DNA of 64,000 bases from contig NC_082726.1 in the NCBI RefSeq assembly GCF_030144855.1, forward strand, positions 19,902,001 to 19,966,000, read 5' to 3'. A model generated the notes under the pieces. The model saw nothing but the letters and a program-made list of their open reading frames with translations. It did no database searches and was not told the DNA's origin. The position numbers and the translations under genes are program-made. The DNA is from Hypanus sabinus. Lineage: Eukaryota. This document shows positions 1 to 13,440 of the stretch, in pieces (the stretch's first letter is position 1; every line of letters starts with the position of its first letter).

Positions 1-649
1 TTCCTCTCACAATAAAACAATTACATTCTGTTAACCTTCCTAGTTACTCAGTTTACCTGCATGCTAGCCTTTTAGGAATACACCCTGATCGCTTTGCATT
101 TCAGAATTTTGTAATTGTCCAACATTTAGATAATAGGGTTGATTTTAATTTTGAGTGCCAAAATGAGCAATCTTATATTTCACACATTATACCCATCTTA
201 TCCGCAGGCCTTAACCGGTCATTCAACCTGTCTACATTGGTATCCTTATGTCTTCTTACTGGATACTTTTCTACATATCTTTGTGTAATCAGCTAATTTA
301 TCAATCTGAATTTTGGTACCTTATCAAAAGTGTTTATAGATCAGGAGAGACTAGAATGTGAGGAATTCTTTCTCAATTATCTTTGCACACTGTGATATCT
401 GCTTCAGTAATAGGCAGCATCCTTTCTCACTGGTGACTGAACTGATGGACATTGACTTGTCTGGCCATTGTCTTGGTGCCGATGCTTATGTGCCATCTTG
501 TCTTGCAGAAGGGTTCATTCGCTCCTGCCGGGGTTGGATAACTGGAAGGGTATGTAGGATGTGAGACAGAGTATGGTCACCAGGCTTGATCATTAGTCAG
601 ATTGGGGCTGGACAGATTCTTTACAAAGAGGTGTATCCAGGTGCTTGGT

Positions 650-1015
650 GGTGGGGTGGAGTAGAGATCTCTACTAAAGGAGGTGTAAGGTGCTCCTTCC
701 CTTTGTTAGTCTGCAAATTACCCCTGGGCAAGGGGAAGTACCTGCTTAGCCTTTCATTCAGGGTCACATAAAGCCACAGGAGCAGATGGTGGATGGTCAT
801 ATGAGCAGCTGGTGCATATAACAAGTCCTGGTTATGCGACCACTGATGCCAGATAGACAATCTCCGAAGAGTATTGATTGTGGCTGACATTGGCTGGCCT
901 GCCAGAAGAAGGCAATGGCAAACCACTTCCGTAGAAAGATTTGATAAGAACCACCATGGTCATGGAAAGAACATGATCCCCTATGTCATATGACAGGGCA
1001 CATAACAAACGAACA
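650..1015 (+). mobile_element. RTE-related non-autonomous short element
   Basis: Contains gaaggcaatggcaaaccact (Bov-A/RTE-type motif). Homologous copies at ~2560-2930 (-) and ~5420-5640 (+). Ends approximate. Confidence 0.55.
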
Positions 1016-1833
1016 ATAGAGGTGCAGTATTTTATTGAGACTCTGGTTATCCATCCTGAGCCCAACAGACTTGAATGTATGTGCTAGTTTTAGGTTTCAA
1101 AATAATTACTGTATGTCCTTGAACCCAGAACTGGTTATGGTTTGGTTTAAATTTTATAACCAAATAGATCTCAACTATGAGACAAATAAATGTGGGAGTG
1201 TTGGCATGGTGTTAAGTGTTGGGGCATGGGATGCAACAAATGAATGTGACAGAGGGATGACTGAACAACGTTGTTGTTAGATGAGTGAAGGGTTGTACAG
1301 TGTGTTTTTGTGGGGAAAATTTGCTGGGGGTATTTGCTGATATGACCATTTTTATTGTGACTGTGAATGAAGTCACTAGAGAGACACTGAAGCTGGTGGA
1401 TATAGATGTCTTTATTCAGCAAGGCAAACAGACATTGTACTGGAGACACTCTTGGAAGAAGAGGCTCCATGATTCAATATTTCATGACATTTTTATATGC
1501 TAAGGATCAAAGGTAATGTCAGGATAATTGTATAGTTGCAATGTATCCACAATGCTTCCTTTGAATGGCATATAATTTTCAAATACCTGTATCTTCACAC
1601 CAACACTCCAGACACCCAAAATGAATACTCATCACCATTGCCTCTGAGCTGCATGCATGCATATGCAGACATCTCAGGTCAATGAGTGTTCCTTGGTTTG
1701 CAATCAACTCCAGTCTGCTGCTCCAGGAACACCATTGTTCTGAGCCGCATTTTGAACTCAATCTACAATCCACATTCAGATCTGAAGACTGGTTGCTGTT
1801 GAAGTTAATACTTACTATGTACCATAACACCAG

Positions 1834-2412
1834 TGTAATGCCCTGGTTCATTTTTTTTTACTGTTAAGCTGTTCTGTATTTGATTTTTGTGCTGTACTCT
1901 GCAAGCTGCTTGTTTGGGCTACCATGAAGATAAGAGATAGGAGAATCATGTGCCATCCAACTAAGATGGCCAGATTAAGGGGAGATTTCTTTGGTGAGGG
2001 ACACTAAGGCGGGGCTTGGGGTCTTTTGTTGAGAAGACGAAGAGAAGACGCTGGAGAGAAGAGGCCGTAGAATTTGACCCAGAGATTCGATGAAGCCCGG
2101 GATGAGATCAAAGGAGGATCGTTAAGGGGAAACCCTGAGCTCCAACTTGTGCACATTAGACCATTTAATTAAAATGGGCCCTTTTCTTTTTTTTGTTCTT
2201 TCTTTACTAACCCTTTAGTCAAATTAAGAATTATAAAGCTAAATCTTTTAATTGTAAACGGTGTACTGTCTGTTATTTTTAACAGGGTAATGAATCACAC
2301 TGTGTCCACAGAGACAAGGGGTTTTAGAGTGAGCTTGTGGGGCCAGAGATGGTCTTCCCTAGTCTTATGGAGCCGAACGAATGAGAGTTTTTCACCAGAA
2401 TGTGGCCTAACA
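1834..2412. mobile_element. Possible solo LTR (degenerate)
   Basis: TGTAATGCC...GGCCTAACA imperfect inverted termini (TG..CA), no ORF. No clean TSD seen. Confidence 0.35.
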
Positions 2413-2559
2413 GTTTCCTGCAACTTTTACAGCTTCTTTGATGCTTTGGGTGTCTAGTTTCTGATGTTCGTAAAGCACATTCTTCCTTTGCTGTTCCTGC
2501 TGCTTCATTACCAGTCCCAATAGCTTTCTGGGTCCCAAGTTTCTCTTACTCTCTCTCAA

Positions 2560-2930
2560 CATTGTCGTCATTATGTGCTGTGTGGTATGATGTGCACAAT
2601 CATGCTCTCATGACCATGATTGTTCTTGGCAATTTTTCCTACAGAAGTGTTTTCCACTGTCACCTTCTGGGCAACATCTTTACAAGATGGTTGACATCAG
2701 CCATTATCATTAATCTTTATAGACTGGCTTCTTGGCCTCTGTGTTGCATAACCAGGACTTGTGAGAAGTACAAACTGCTCATACGATCATCCACCACCTG
2801 CTTCACTGGCTTCACCTGATACTGAACGAAGGGCTAAGCAGGTACTGCAACTTGCCCAGGGGTGACCTGCTGGCTAGTGGAGGGAAGGAGCGCCTTATAC
2901 CTCCCTTGGTAGAAACATATCTGCACCCTG
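2560..2930 (-). mobile_element. RTE-related non-autonomous short element (copy 2)
   Basis: Reverse complement matches 650-1015 (ctccttccct...cccctgggcaag...acctgcttagc...caagtcctggttatgc). Confidence 0.55.
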
Positions 2931-3009
2931 CCACTCTACCTCTTCTTCATTCTCTACTTCTGAAAACATTTTGAGATTATCATCAGAAAATAATAGTGCT
3001 TTCTTCTGA

Positions 3010-3460
3010 CTTTGGTTTGGCATGACATCTAAAACTTTGACGAACTTCTATAGGTGTGTGGTGTGGAGTATATTGACTGGCTGCATCACAGCTTGATATG
3101 GAAACACCAGTACCTTTGAATGGCAAATCCTACAAAGAGTATTGGATATGGCCCATCATAGGTAAAAGCCCTGCCCAGCACTGAGCACATATACATGGAG
3201 TGTTGTCACAGGAAGCACCATCCAACATCAGGGACCTCCACCATCCCGGTCATACTCTCTTCTCACTGCTGCCATCAGGAAGAAGGTACAGGAGCCTCAA
3301 GACTCACACCACCAGTTTTGGGAGCAGTTATTACCCCTCAACCTTGACCTAAAGGGGATAACTTCACTTAACTCCACTTGCCCTGTCACTGATACATTCC
3401 CACAACCTATGGACTCTCTTTCAATGACTCTTTATCTCATGTTCTCGATATTTATTGTTT

Positions 3461-3494
<34 letters not shown>

Positions 3495-3706
3495 TATTTC
3501 TTTCTTTTTGTATTTGCACAGTTTGCTGTCTTTTGCACACTGGTTGAACACAAGTTAGTGATTCTGTCATTGATTTTATTATGGTTATTATTCTATTATG
3601 GATTTATTGAGTATGCCTGTAAGAAAATGAATCTCAGGGTTGTATATAGTCACATATATGTACTTTGATGATAAATTTCCTTTGAAGTATGAACTTTGAA
3701 CTTTTG
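3010..3706 (+). mobile_element. Rex1/Babar-type LINE 3' fragment
   Basis: Degenerate C-terminal coding motif (ctgccatcaggaagaaggtacaggagc = LPSGRRYRS), 3' UTR with (ATT)n, and TTTGAAC tail. Confidence 0.7.
3465..3496. repeat. (ATT)n microsatellite
   Basis: Directly visible tandem ATT repeats. Confidence 0.9.
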
Positions 3707-4859
3707 TTTGACATGGTTTACAGAAAGTGTTCAGTGCACCTGGGAGCTGTTTCAAGTTGTGAGAAAAGATCACTGCATTTACCCTTACGTGCAGGTATTG
3801 ACAAGAAAGCACTAAGACTTAAACACCAAGATTGCAGCATCATTCCTTATTAACTATCTGCCTAGTGTTGATTCTATGAAAATAATTTCTGTTTGACAGT
3901 ATTGACATTCTGCCCCATTTGTAGCATTTCTTCTTTTTATTCTTTCTTACTTGAGGATGTAAAAGTTATTGCATTAGTTCTTGACTTGTTGTAACTGCGT
4001 CATTAAATGAACTGTGAAGGGATGTGTGCATCTCTAACCCTGTTACCAAGTGATAAAGGTCTGTGATTATGAATGACATTTAGAAGGCATTCATTTATTG
4101 GAAAGTTGAATTGATTCATAGTGACAGATCAACACCAAAAACTTGCATTGCCCTTAACCTTGCTGTCTCTTCCTTTTCCCCTCCCCTTTCCTTCATGCCC
4201 AGGCTAATTCTACCTGTTACTATCTGTTCCCTGTAACTGATTAGATCAGTAATTGCTTGAGAATTGAACCCTGGAGGTCACCCTTAGACTACAAACTCAA
4301 TAAGCTTTTGTCTCTGAGTCACACACTCCATTTGATGCAGTGATCCTATTAAAAGGCAAATTAGCCAGTGACAAACATGTTAACTACATTCTATTATCGC
4401 CTGTCAGAGCCATTTATCTACCACTGCTGTCTGGTATCCAAACTACTTAGACCCATAGTGTCAAAACAGAAGCTATAAGATAAATAGCAGAAAATGTTTG
4501 TAATGAAAGGTAGATTGGAAAAAGAGAATTAAAATTATCATCTAACTTTACTCTAACTTTATTCATTCTTTTTTATACTGCAGATGGGCATGCAGGGAGC
4601 AGTACCAGGTGTACTTAATAATGAATTGCCTGCCTGCTGAAGCTGGAAAATAAAGTCCACATCCTTGTTAAGCTTCAAAAACAGCATGCTATGGATAGAA
4701 CTATGACTCATGTATATACAAACAGATCTGATCAAAGCTAAGTAGTCCTGCTACTCTTGTCATTAAACACTAATTTTAAGAGAAGCTCTGTTGTACTAGG
4801 GTGTAGAATTGTTATAATTACAACACTGGCATGAAAATGCGAAAAGCTGCACAAGTATA

Positions 4860-5172
4860 TCATAAGACCATAAGACTAGGGAACAGAATTAGGTCATTTG
4901 GCCTATCGAGTCTGTTCCGTCATTTCATCATGGCTGATTCATTTCCCTCTCAACCCTATTCTCCTGCCTTCTCCCCATAACCTTTCATGCCCTGACTAAT
5001 CAAAAAACCTGTGACAACAAATTCCACAAATTCATCACCCTTTCTCCTTCTCATCCTTCTCATCTCTGTTCAAATCGACGTCCCTCTTTTTTGAGGCTGT
5101 GCCCTCTGGTCCTAGACTCCCCCACCATAGGAAACACCCTCTCCACATCCACTCTATCTAGGCCTTTCAACA
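4860..5172 (-). mobile_element. CR1 LINE 3' end
   Basis: cataagaccataaga tail (TCTTATGG repeats on the minus strand) plus 3' UTR/ORF2-end homology to the 47-49 kb CR1. Confidence 0.8.
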
Positions 5173-5419
5173 AGATCCTACCAACAAAAAACAGGAGTGA
5201 TGCAATCCAGCTAATTATCACCCAATAATTTTTCTCTCAAACGTCAGCAAAGTGATGGGAAATGTCATCCACTCTGCTATCAACTGACACCTACTCCCCA
5301 AAACCTTTCCACTTATGTATAATTTGTATTTTTCCAGGACGACAGGCTCCAGATTTCACCATAATCTTGGACCAAAGAGCTGAATTCCAGCCCTAGTGAG
5401 CGAGCATATGATATCAAGT

Positions 5420-5642
5420 TAACACCCCTGTCATTGTAGTTACAACTTGCTCAGATGAAAATGGTTCTGGTTGTTGCTTCTACAGCTGACAAGTTCTGAA
5501 GAGTATTGTTCACCTGTCTTATAAAGACACTGTCTAGAAAAAGGCAATGGCAAACTACTTCTGGTAGAATTTGCCAAGAATTATCATGTTCGCAGACCAT
5601 GATAATCTACATCAATACGTAACAGCACATAATGATGATGAT
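5420..5642 (+). mobile_element. RTE-related short element (copy 3, partial)
   Basis: aaggcaatggcaaactacttc motif and downstream homology to 900-1010. Confidence 0.45.
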
Positions 5643-5759
5643 AAATGTTTCAAGTTGAAGGCCCTTTGGTAAAAATGGGAAAGAATGAAACAAGTTAAGT
5701 TTTAGATCAGTGAAGGTGATAGAGGGATAGGTACTTTCAAAAAAATGTAGGCTTCATAT

Positions 5760-6395
5760 GCTTGGCTAACATTTAATCTTCTAACTTAATTGCTCTTGAG
5801 AAGATGGTGGTGAGCTGCCTTCTTGAACTGTGGCAGTCCTTGAGGTGTGAGTATATTGACTGGTGGATCATATTTCATCACACTTCTAACTTGAGCCTTG
5901 TAAATGGTGGACAGGCCTTGAGGTGAGGATGTGAGTTATTTGCTGCAGTATTCCTAGCCTCTCTCCTGTTCTTGTAGCCACATAGCTACTCCAATTCAGT
6001 TTCTAATTAATGGCAATGCCTCGGACATGTATAATGGGGGATTCAGTGATGGTAACGCTTTTGAATGTCGGGGTGGTAGCTAGATTTCTTCAATGCCTGG
6101 TACTTGTGTAACACAAATTCAAATTGCCATTTATCATTCCAGACCCAAATATTGACAAGGTCTTACTGCAATTGGATGTAGAGTGCGTCATTATTTGAAG
6201 AGTGGTGAATACTGCTGAACATTAGGCAATTGTCAGCAAACATTACTACTTCTGTCATTATAATTTAAGGAAGGTCACTGATGAAGCAGCTGAAAGTTGA
6301 GTCTAGGACACTGGCCCCAGGAACTCCAACAGAGATGCTTTGTGGCATCCAACCACCTTTCATTGTGCTAGATATGATTTCAACCTGTGGAGGGT
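5760..6395 (-). mobile_element. Old LINE (L2/CR1 group) RT-3' fragment
   Basis: Degenerate. Related segments on + at ~9580-9860 and ~11200-11500. Confidence 0.45.
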
Positions 6396-6439
6396 TGAAG
6401 AGAAAATCAACATTACAAAAGGAAAAGCTAATGAAGGAG

Positions 6440-7930
6440 TCATCTAGTTGAAGACTCTTTCTAGATTTGCGTATGTCTCTAGAAAAAAAAACATTTAAAA
6501 ACTATGAGAAATATTGGAGGAGTAAGGGTCTAGCAAATGAAGTAAAACTAATTAGTATTAGTTTAAAAATCCATTAAAAGGTTAAGAGCTGAAAATTGAT
6601 AAATTCCAAGGACCTGACCACTTACATCCCAGAGTTTTGAAATAGATGGCTCTGGGATTTGTGGATGCTCCGGTAATCATCTTCTCGAATTGTGTTGTTT
6701 CTGAAATTGCTCTTGAGAATTAGAGGACAACAAATGTGACTTCATTTTTAAGAAGAGAGCAACAGAGAAAACTAGGAGCTACCAATCTATTAACCTTATA
6801 TTGTTAGTTGGGGAAGTGCAGAGATCCATAATAAAGGATGGGAAATTCAGGAAATAATCTTGTTGAACAGAGTAAGCATGGATTTATAATTAAAAAACAC
6901 ATGCCTGACCAATTTATTTGAGTTCTGGTAGAGCAGATAAGGGAATTCACTGGATGTAATAAATTTAGCTTTTCTTAAAAATCAAGGATGAGGTTAAAGC
7001 ACAGGGATTAGGGATAGCATGCTAGTGTAGATTGTGAGTTGGTTGATAGGTAGAAAATAGAGTAGGGGCAGGTCCTTCACAGAGTGATAGGCTGTGACTG
7101 GAGGGTTTCCATAGAGATTGATAAATGGCCCCTAATTATTAAGGATTTGTTTGAAGGAAGCACATCTAATTTCCATGTGGGAATGTGTAGTATATGAGTT
7201 GTTATGCAGAGGCAAAGAGGCTTCAAGAGAATATAGAGTAGAAAAATGTGAGGTTTCTACTTTGTTTGAAAATATAGAAATGCGTAGAATGCTTTAAATG
7301 GGGAGAGATTTAGAGATGACAACATTCATGTCCTTGTCCACAAGTCACTGGAAGTTAAGCTATGGGTGCAGCAAGCAATTAGGAAAGTAAGTGGTATGTT
7401 ATCATCGAAAGCAAATCATCTTTACACAATTATATAGTGCCTTAGTAAGTCCACAGGTGAGGCTTATTTACAATTTTGGTTCCTTACCTAAGAAGGAAGA
7501 CAACTTTTGTGGAAGAAATGAAGATTCACCAGTATGCTTTCTCAGATTGTTGATCTGCTGTTTAAGAGATTGAGAGACAGCCTCGTTGAAGTGTATGAAA
7601 TTCTTAGAGGGCTTAACAATTTGGATGGTGGGAGGAAGTTTCCCCAGCTGGCATGTGTGCAACATAGATCATAGGAGTTAGGCCATTTAGGAATGATATG
7701 AGGTGAAATTTCTTCAGTCAAGGATGTTAGTGGTAGGTGTCATGAGTTCTCTACTCAGAGAGAGTCAGTAATTTATAGAATCCAAAACAGAGATAGGTAG
7801 ATTTCTGGATATCAGGGAAATCAAGGATGATGGTGATTGGACAAGAAAATAATGTTAAGGTAAAATATCAGCCACCATCTTGTTGATTAGTGGAGCAAGC
7901 ACAATGGCCCAATTAGCTTATTTCTCCTTG
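6440..7930 (+). mobile_element. Old CR1 LINE, ORF2 remnant
   Basis: Collinear, decayed homology to the 47184-48858 CR1 (DKSPGPD-LHPRVL, QHGF, LYRALVRP and 3' UTR equivalents). Many stops. Confidence 0.75.
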
Positions 7931-7978
7931 TGTTAATAATTCCAGCCCTAGTGGATACTTCATGAATATGCCCTAGAC

Positions 7979-9565
7979 CAGGGGTCAGCAACCTTTACCA
8001 CTGAAAGAGCCACTTGGACCCGTTTCCCACAGAAAAGAAAACACTGGGAGCCGCAAAACCCGTTTGACATTTAAAATGAAATAACACTGCATACAACGTT
8101 TTTTTTGCCTTTATGCTATGTATAAACAAACTATAATGTGTTGCATTTATGAAATTGATGAACTCCTGCAGAGAAAACGAAATTACATTTCTGCATGCAA
8201 CAAAAACATTTTGAACTCTGAAAAAAAGACGTTGGGTTGAAAGTTACTTTTAAGTAAAATATTCAATGTCTATTTGAGTCCTTCTTGTATTTATGAAAAA
8301 CGCCGAACTTAAATTTTCCGCCAGCAACAAACCAAAAATAACGTCAGCCAGCTGTCATCCTGAAAAATGAAAGGACTATTTCACTGAACAATGAAAAAAT
8401 ATGAATATGAGTAAAATAATAGGCAATTAAAATATTTATCATACTTGGTTAATGGGATTTCTGCTCCTGGACCTCAGCGCACAGCGTCTGCACATCAGGG
8501 CTGTATGATGTCACCTTCATCTTTACACAGGATCGCAAGCTGTCATCTGTGAGGTTTTCAATATCACTCCATTTGTGTTTCTGAGCAAGAACGGCCTTCT
8601 GACGGGCAACATCTTCAAGGTCTGCTGTCAAGCGTCTAAACTTGGACACCCATATGTCTTTGTCGGCTATGTCGGCCAGTTCCATCTCAAGATCAGGTTG
8701 ACTCACACCTGCCAATGCAGTCGTATTCAGTAGGGAAGGATCGATGCTTAAGGGAGTGACCGGGAAGGATAATGTGTTTTTTTCCTCTCTGAACTCACAG
8801 AAGCGTTTCCCAAACGATGTTTGCATTGCGATGATTGCAGAATGTAAATACTCCGAAATTATCATGTCGTGACCTTGTTTGAACTCTCTCAAATTGGGGA
8901 AGTGAGACAAAGTGCCTTTCTGTAAATCTCTGGCAAGCACTGTCAACTTGCGCTCGAATGCCAAAACATCCTCCAACATGTGCAGGGCTGTACGTCCTTT
9001 CCCCTGAAGAGCTGTGTTCAGCGTGTTCAGGTGCGCTGTCATGTCTACCATGAAGTGTAGCTTTTCCAGCCACTCTGGCTGTTCCAGCTCAGGAAAGGTG
9101 AGCCCTTTGCTGCCCAGGAAAGTTTTCACTTCTTCCAGACACGCGACAAAGCGTTTCAGCACCTTCCGTCTGGACAGCCAGCGATAAAAACACGTTGTAG
9201 CGGTGTCAGTAAACTGCAGTCAAAGATAGCTTTATTCGAACTAAACAGCCTTGCTTTTCAGCTTCCCTCAACCCAGCCCCCATGGACGCAGATGCTGCAA
9301 AAGACGCGTACTCACAAACCCCCGTAGGCTATCTCCCTTAGCCGGAATGCTGGCTAATTGTGAGCCGTTTTATGATGTGGCAGGAAATGTGTCGCTACAC
9401 TTAGGTTGTACAAGATCACCATAATTACATTTCAAAAGCTAACAAACTAACATAAAATACATTTTAATTAAATACTGACCAATTATTTCCCAAAGCCACA
9501 GGGAGCCGCAGCACAGAGGTGAAAGAGCCACAAATGGCTCGGGAGCCGCAGGTTGCCGACCCCCG
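7979..9565 (-). mobile_element. Buster/Charlie-type hAT DNA transposon, internally deleted
   Basis: TIRs caggggtcagcaacct / aggttgccgacccccg. Perfect 8-bp TSD CCCTAGAC (7971-7978, 9566-9573) with central TA. Carries a transposase fragment. Confidence 0.95.
8449..9183 (-). pseudogene. Truncated hAT (Buster/SPIN/GTF2IRD2-like) transposase, C-terminal part
   Basis: Stop-free frame starting at the hAT RWLS motif: RWLSRRKVLKRF...HLNTLNTALQGKG...TSYSPDVQTL...QKSH*. The N-terminus and most of the dimerisation-domain motif are missing. Confidence 0.9.
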
Positions 9566-9862
9566 CCCTAGACCCTGTCATCCTTAGCTGCACCATCAAT
9601 AGCATATTTATCCAGGTATAAGATCAGAGGTGAGAATGCTTGCTCCTGATTGCATAATCCTCAATTCTTTGGCACCACCTCATAATGTGAAGCAGTCTAT
9701 GCCAGCATGTGGCACGACCTGGACAACATTGGGCCCAGGTTGACAAGTCACAAGTAATATTTTGGCAAATACTCTCCAGGATGCGTACAGCTCCTGCTGC
9801 AGTTAAGAAGCCATTGCCATACAGGACAAAACATCCCAGTTGATTGGCACCTCATCTACCAT

Positions 9863-11010
9863 TGAGTTCAAGATCAAGTTTATTGTCATTCAATATAATT
9901 TAGAACCAGTATACGTATACATGTCTAACCACTAAATAAAACAATGTTCCTCCAGACCAACATGCACAACACAATACATCTAACTCCCACAAAGCACATA
10001 GAGTAATATTACGACAAATAAATTAACAAATAAATTACAGTATATTTCAGAATATTGACACACAGCTTATGACAACATTTAAAAAATAAATAGTATAATG
10101 CTACTGGTATTTCAGAAGGATGAGACCTCAGTAGTGTCAGAGAGTTCAGTAGTCTCATGGCCTGGATGAAGAAGCTGTTCCCCATCCCAACAGTCCTTGC
10201 CCTAAGTTACAGTATCTCCTGATGGTAGGGGGTTAATGAGATTGTGAGATAGTAGGGAGGGGTCTTTGACAATACTAAGGGCCCTGCATGCGCAGCATTC
10301 CTGATAAATATCTAGAATGGGGGGGAAGAGAAACCAAAAGATCCCCTCAGCAGTTCTTGCAATCCTTTGTAAGGTCTTCTGGTCAGATGCCTTGCAATTC
10401 CCAAATCAGACGATGATGCAACTGGTCTGGATACTTTCAATGACGCTGCTGTAAAAATTGGTTAGAATGGTGGGGGGGAGGTGGAAGCTTCACTTGTCTT
10501 AGTCCCTTCAGGAAGTAGAAATGCCGCTCTGCCTTATTGACTAAAGAGGTAATGTTGAGGGGCTAGGTGAGATCGTCTATTATGTGCACTCCCAGAAACT
10601 TAGTGCTCCTAATTCTCTCCAAGAGGGGCCATTTATCTGCAGTGAGGAGAGGTCAACCTGCAGCTTCCAAAAATCCACAATCATATCTTTAGTCTTGTCC
10701 ACATTGAGACTCAAGTTGTTATGCTCGCACCATTCTACAAACCAGTCTACCTCCTCTCTGTACGCTGTCTCATTGTCGTTTTTGATCAGGCCAACCACTG
10801 TTGTGCCAACGGTGAACTTGATGATTTAGTTTGAGCTGCATCTAGCAATTCAGTAATGCTTCAGCAGCGTGAACAGCAGTGGGCAGAGCAAGGAGCCCTG
10901 TGGTCTTAGTGTGGTGGAGCTACAGAAGCTGCTGACAACATGGACTGACTATGGTCATTCTGTCAAGAAGTCCAAGATCCAGTTACAGAGAGAGGTGCTG
11001 AGACTCAAGA
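9863..11010 (-). mobile_element. Rex1/Babar-type LINE 3' fragment
   Basis: ORF 10580-10798 (VGLIKNDNETAYREEV...NNLSLNVDKTKDMIVDF) is a Rex1/Babar RT C-terminus. Tail near 9865. Confidence 0.75.
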
Positions 11011-11024
11011 GACTCTAGATGTTG

Positions 11025-11182
11025 GAATATGGAGCAACAAACAATCTAGTGGAGAAGTTCAGCATCAAGCAGTATCTGTGGGAGGAAAGGAATTGTCGAC
11101 GTTTCAAGTTGAAACCTTTCATTAGGACATGGTGCAGGGGTTTCTACCCAAAACATTGACAATTCCTCCAGCAGATTGCTTG
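11025..11182. mobile_element. Old PLE-derived terminal-repeat element, inverted pair
   Basis: ggaattgtcgacgtttc...tcattaggac followed by the opposite-strand copy cccaaaacattgacaattcc. Degenerate hammerhead-like core. Confidence 0.5.
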
Positions 11183-11771
11183 TGGAGGAATTGTAGTGGT
11201 GTATACCACCTACAAAATGAACTGTGTTGGCTGCTTTTACATCACTCCACAAATCAGCAACCTCTACAGCCAAGAATAAGAACAGCAGACATTTAGAAAT
11301 GCTGTATCACCTGTAAATCCTTGATCTTGACCGATAAAACTGTTACTATTCCTTTATCATTACTATAGATAAATCCTGGAATCTCCCACCCAGCAGCAAT
11401 TTAGTGTACCTTCTTCTGAAAGATCGTCATGGTCATCATCACAATCTCAAGCACAGTCAAGAATAGGCAATAAGTGCAGGCCACGCCATTTGTGATTACA
11501 TCCTATAAGAAATTTAACTGTCATCCTTCTGCTTTCCCCCATTTGGTGCTTTTGCTTATTCAAATTATTACATTTTTGTCCATTTTGAACCATTGCCCTT
11601 TTCAACTTTTGCCTACTCAGTGTCACTGCTTGTTTTCAACTGATGGATTCAGTACTGTCAGCACACAGCACCGCATTGTCCAACCACAATCAAGATTCAC
11701 AGTGAGTCAAGATAGCTGTGGGAATTTATGGGTTTGTAATGGATGTTTGTAGCTAACCTGTCTATGAGATG

Positions 11772-11797
11772 GAGAGAGAGAGAGAGAGAGAGAGAGA
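11772..11797. repeat. (GA)n microsatellite
   Basis: Directly visible. Confidence 0.9.
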
Positions 11798-13257
11798 TCC
11801 AGAAAGGAAAGGAAAGAATCAGAAATGAGCCACATGAAGCTGAGAGCTGGGCAGAAGTAGTAATGACATTTTGAAACACTGTATGAGTGCAGGAAGTATC
11901 AACTATACTGAAAGAAAAAGAGAGGGCCAGAGTAGAATTGATTAAAGTGGAACTGTAGACCATGTCAGCTTTGAAATATGGTGAGTTGATGTTTTTGCAC
12001 ATAAAGGTCTAGAGTGTGCAGCCAATTAATTGGTAGACAATGCTTCACTAGTTTAAATGCCAGTTCAGGCAAGAAGCAAACAACTGCCATTAGTAAGGCA
12101 ACCTTTCTTCTGATAGATTTAGTGTAATTAAGGTTACTTAGAAGGTTTACTGATGAAACCTGACAGGAAGCAGCCTGAAGTGACAGTTGGAAGCCTGACA
12201 TTTAACCAGGATAATTGTTCAAGTTCAATAGGTAAGTTTTTCTATTTTCTGTTTTGTATCAATGAGACAATCCATACATCTGCATGGTGAACACACATCC
12301 TTGCATTAACCACTTTCTTCTTACTTATGTCTTTGCCACCAGCACATGCTGGAGAGATACAGCATGTCACTTTAAATATGGCACCTGCTTTCCTTGTAAT
12401 GAGTCAGTGAATAGGTTGCCTGAGAAAACTGCTGGTTAGGAATGTGTCGAGTCTGTATTTAGTTTATCTCTTATGAAGCATCACTGTAGGCCATGCTTTA
12501 CTTTCATTACATGCCAACATGAACCCATTCCAAAGAAACTGCAAACTGGGAAGAACTGTTGCACTGCAGGTGATTTGGAGGATGCTTTGCACTAAATGAA
12601 TCGTCATTCCAGTACACATCATCTGTTGGGAAAAAGTAAAAGAAAATTTGACCTTAATAAATGCCATTCAACCACCAACTTAAAGTGAACAAGGAGCTAA
12701 ATGAGAGAAGGCGTGTGTGGATGACATGAAGATTTATTGGATTATAAAGCCTATCTGAGATACCAAAGAGCTGGTTTGTGAACTGCAGTTTGATGGGCTC
12801 TGGATCAATGGATCTTTTGGTACATGATTGGGGGTGGGGGGGTTGATTCTTTTGCTGCTGCTTGTGTGAAGAGAGGGGGCCTTCAGGGTTTCGATGTTTC
12901 TATCGTTCTATGGGGTTTCTTTGTTTTGTGGACTTCTGTGAAGAGGATGAGTTTCAGGTTATATATCATTGAAATCTTTGAAACAATAGCACTGACCTGT
13001 TGGGAAAAATGGCTTGTGAATTGCACGTATCACCCTCTCTGTTGCAACACTGCTAGAAACCAGTCAATGTTTTCTAGCTGCAGAGAAAGCTTCAACTTAG
13101 ATGGAGATTCCTGCCAATTTGGCTTCTGCTGATGGGGGCTTTGAAGGTGCCATAGCACTCCAATAATCTGTCCTCTTGCAGTTTATGAAGGTTACACAAA
13201 TCGGTTGCTGGGTATTTCATATCATATTAATAACTGTACTTTCAAGTATTTTGGGCA

Positions 13258-13440
13258 TAAACATGAGAAAGTTTGCAGATGTTGGATATCCAAACCAACA
13301 CACACGAAACGCTGGGGAAACTCAGCAGGTCAGGCAGCACCTATGGAAATGAATAGATAGACGATGTTTCGGGCTGAGACCCTTGTTCAGGACTGAGAAA
13401 TAGGGGGAAGATGCCAGAATAAAAAGGTGGGGGGAGGGGA
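13258..13440 (-). mobile_element. PLE 3' terminal-repeat fragment (mutated hammerhead motif)
   Basis: Minus strand reads cagtcCTGAACAagggtctcagcccGAAAcatc. Same family as 48979-49320. Confidence 0.7.

Noticed and set aside
4584-4640. Plus-strand exon after ttttatactgcag|ATG
   Set aside because: Acceptor-like, but the frames close quickly, the donor is weak and no partner exons were found.
8449-9162. Host gene GTF2IRD2/EPM2AIP1/ZBED
   Set aside because: It lies within TIRs and a perfect TSD and is internally deleted, so it is a transposon remnant.
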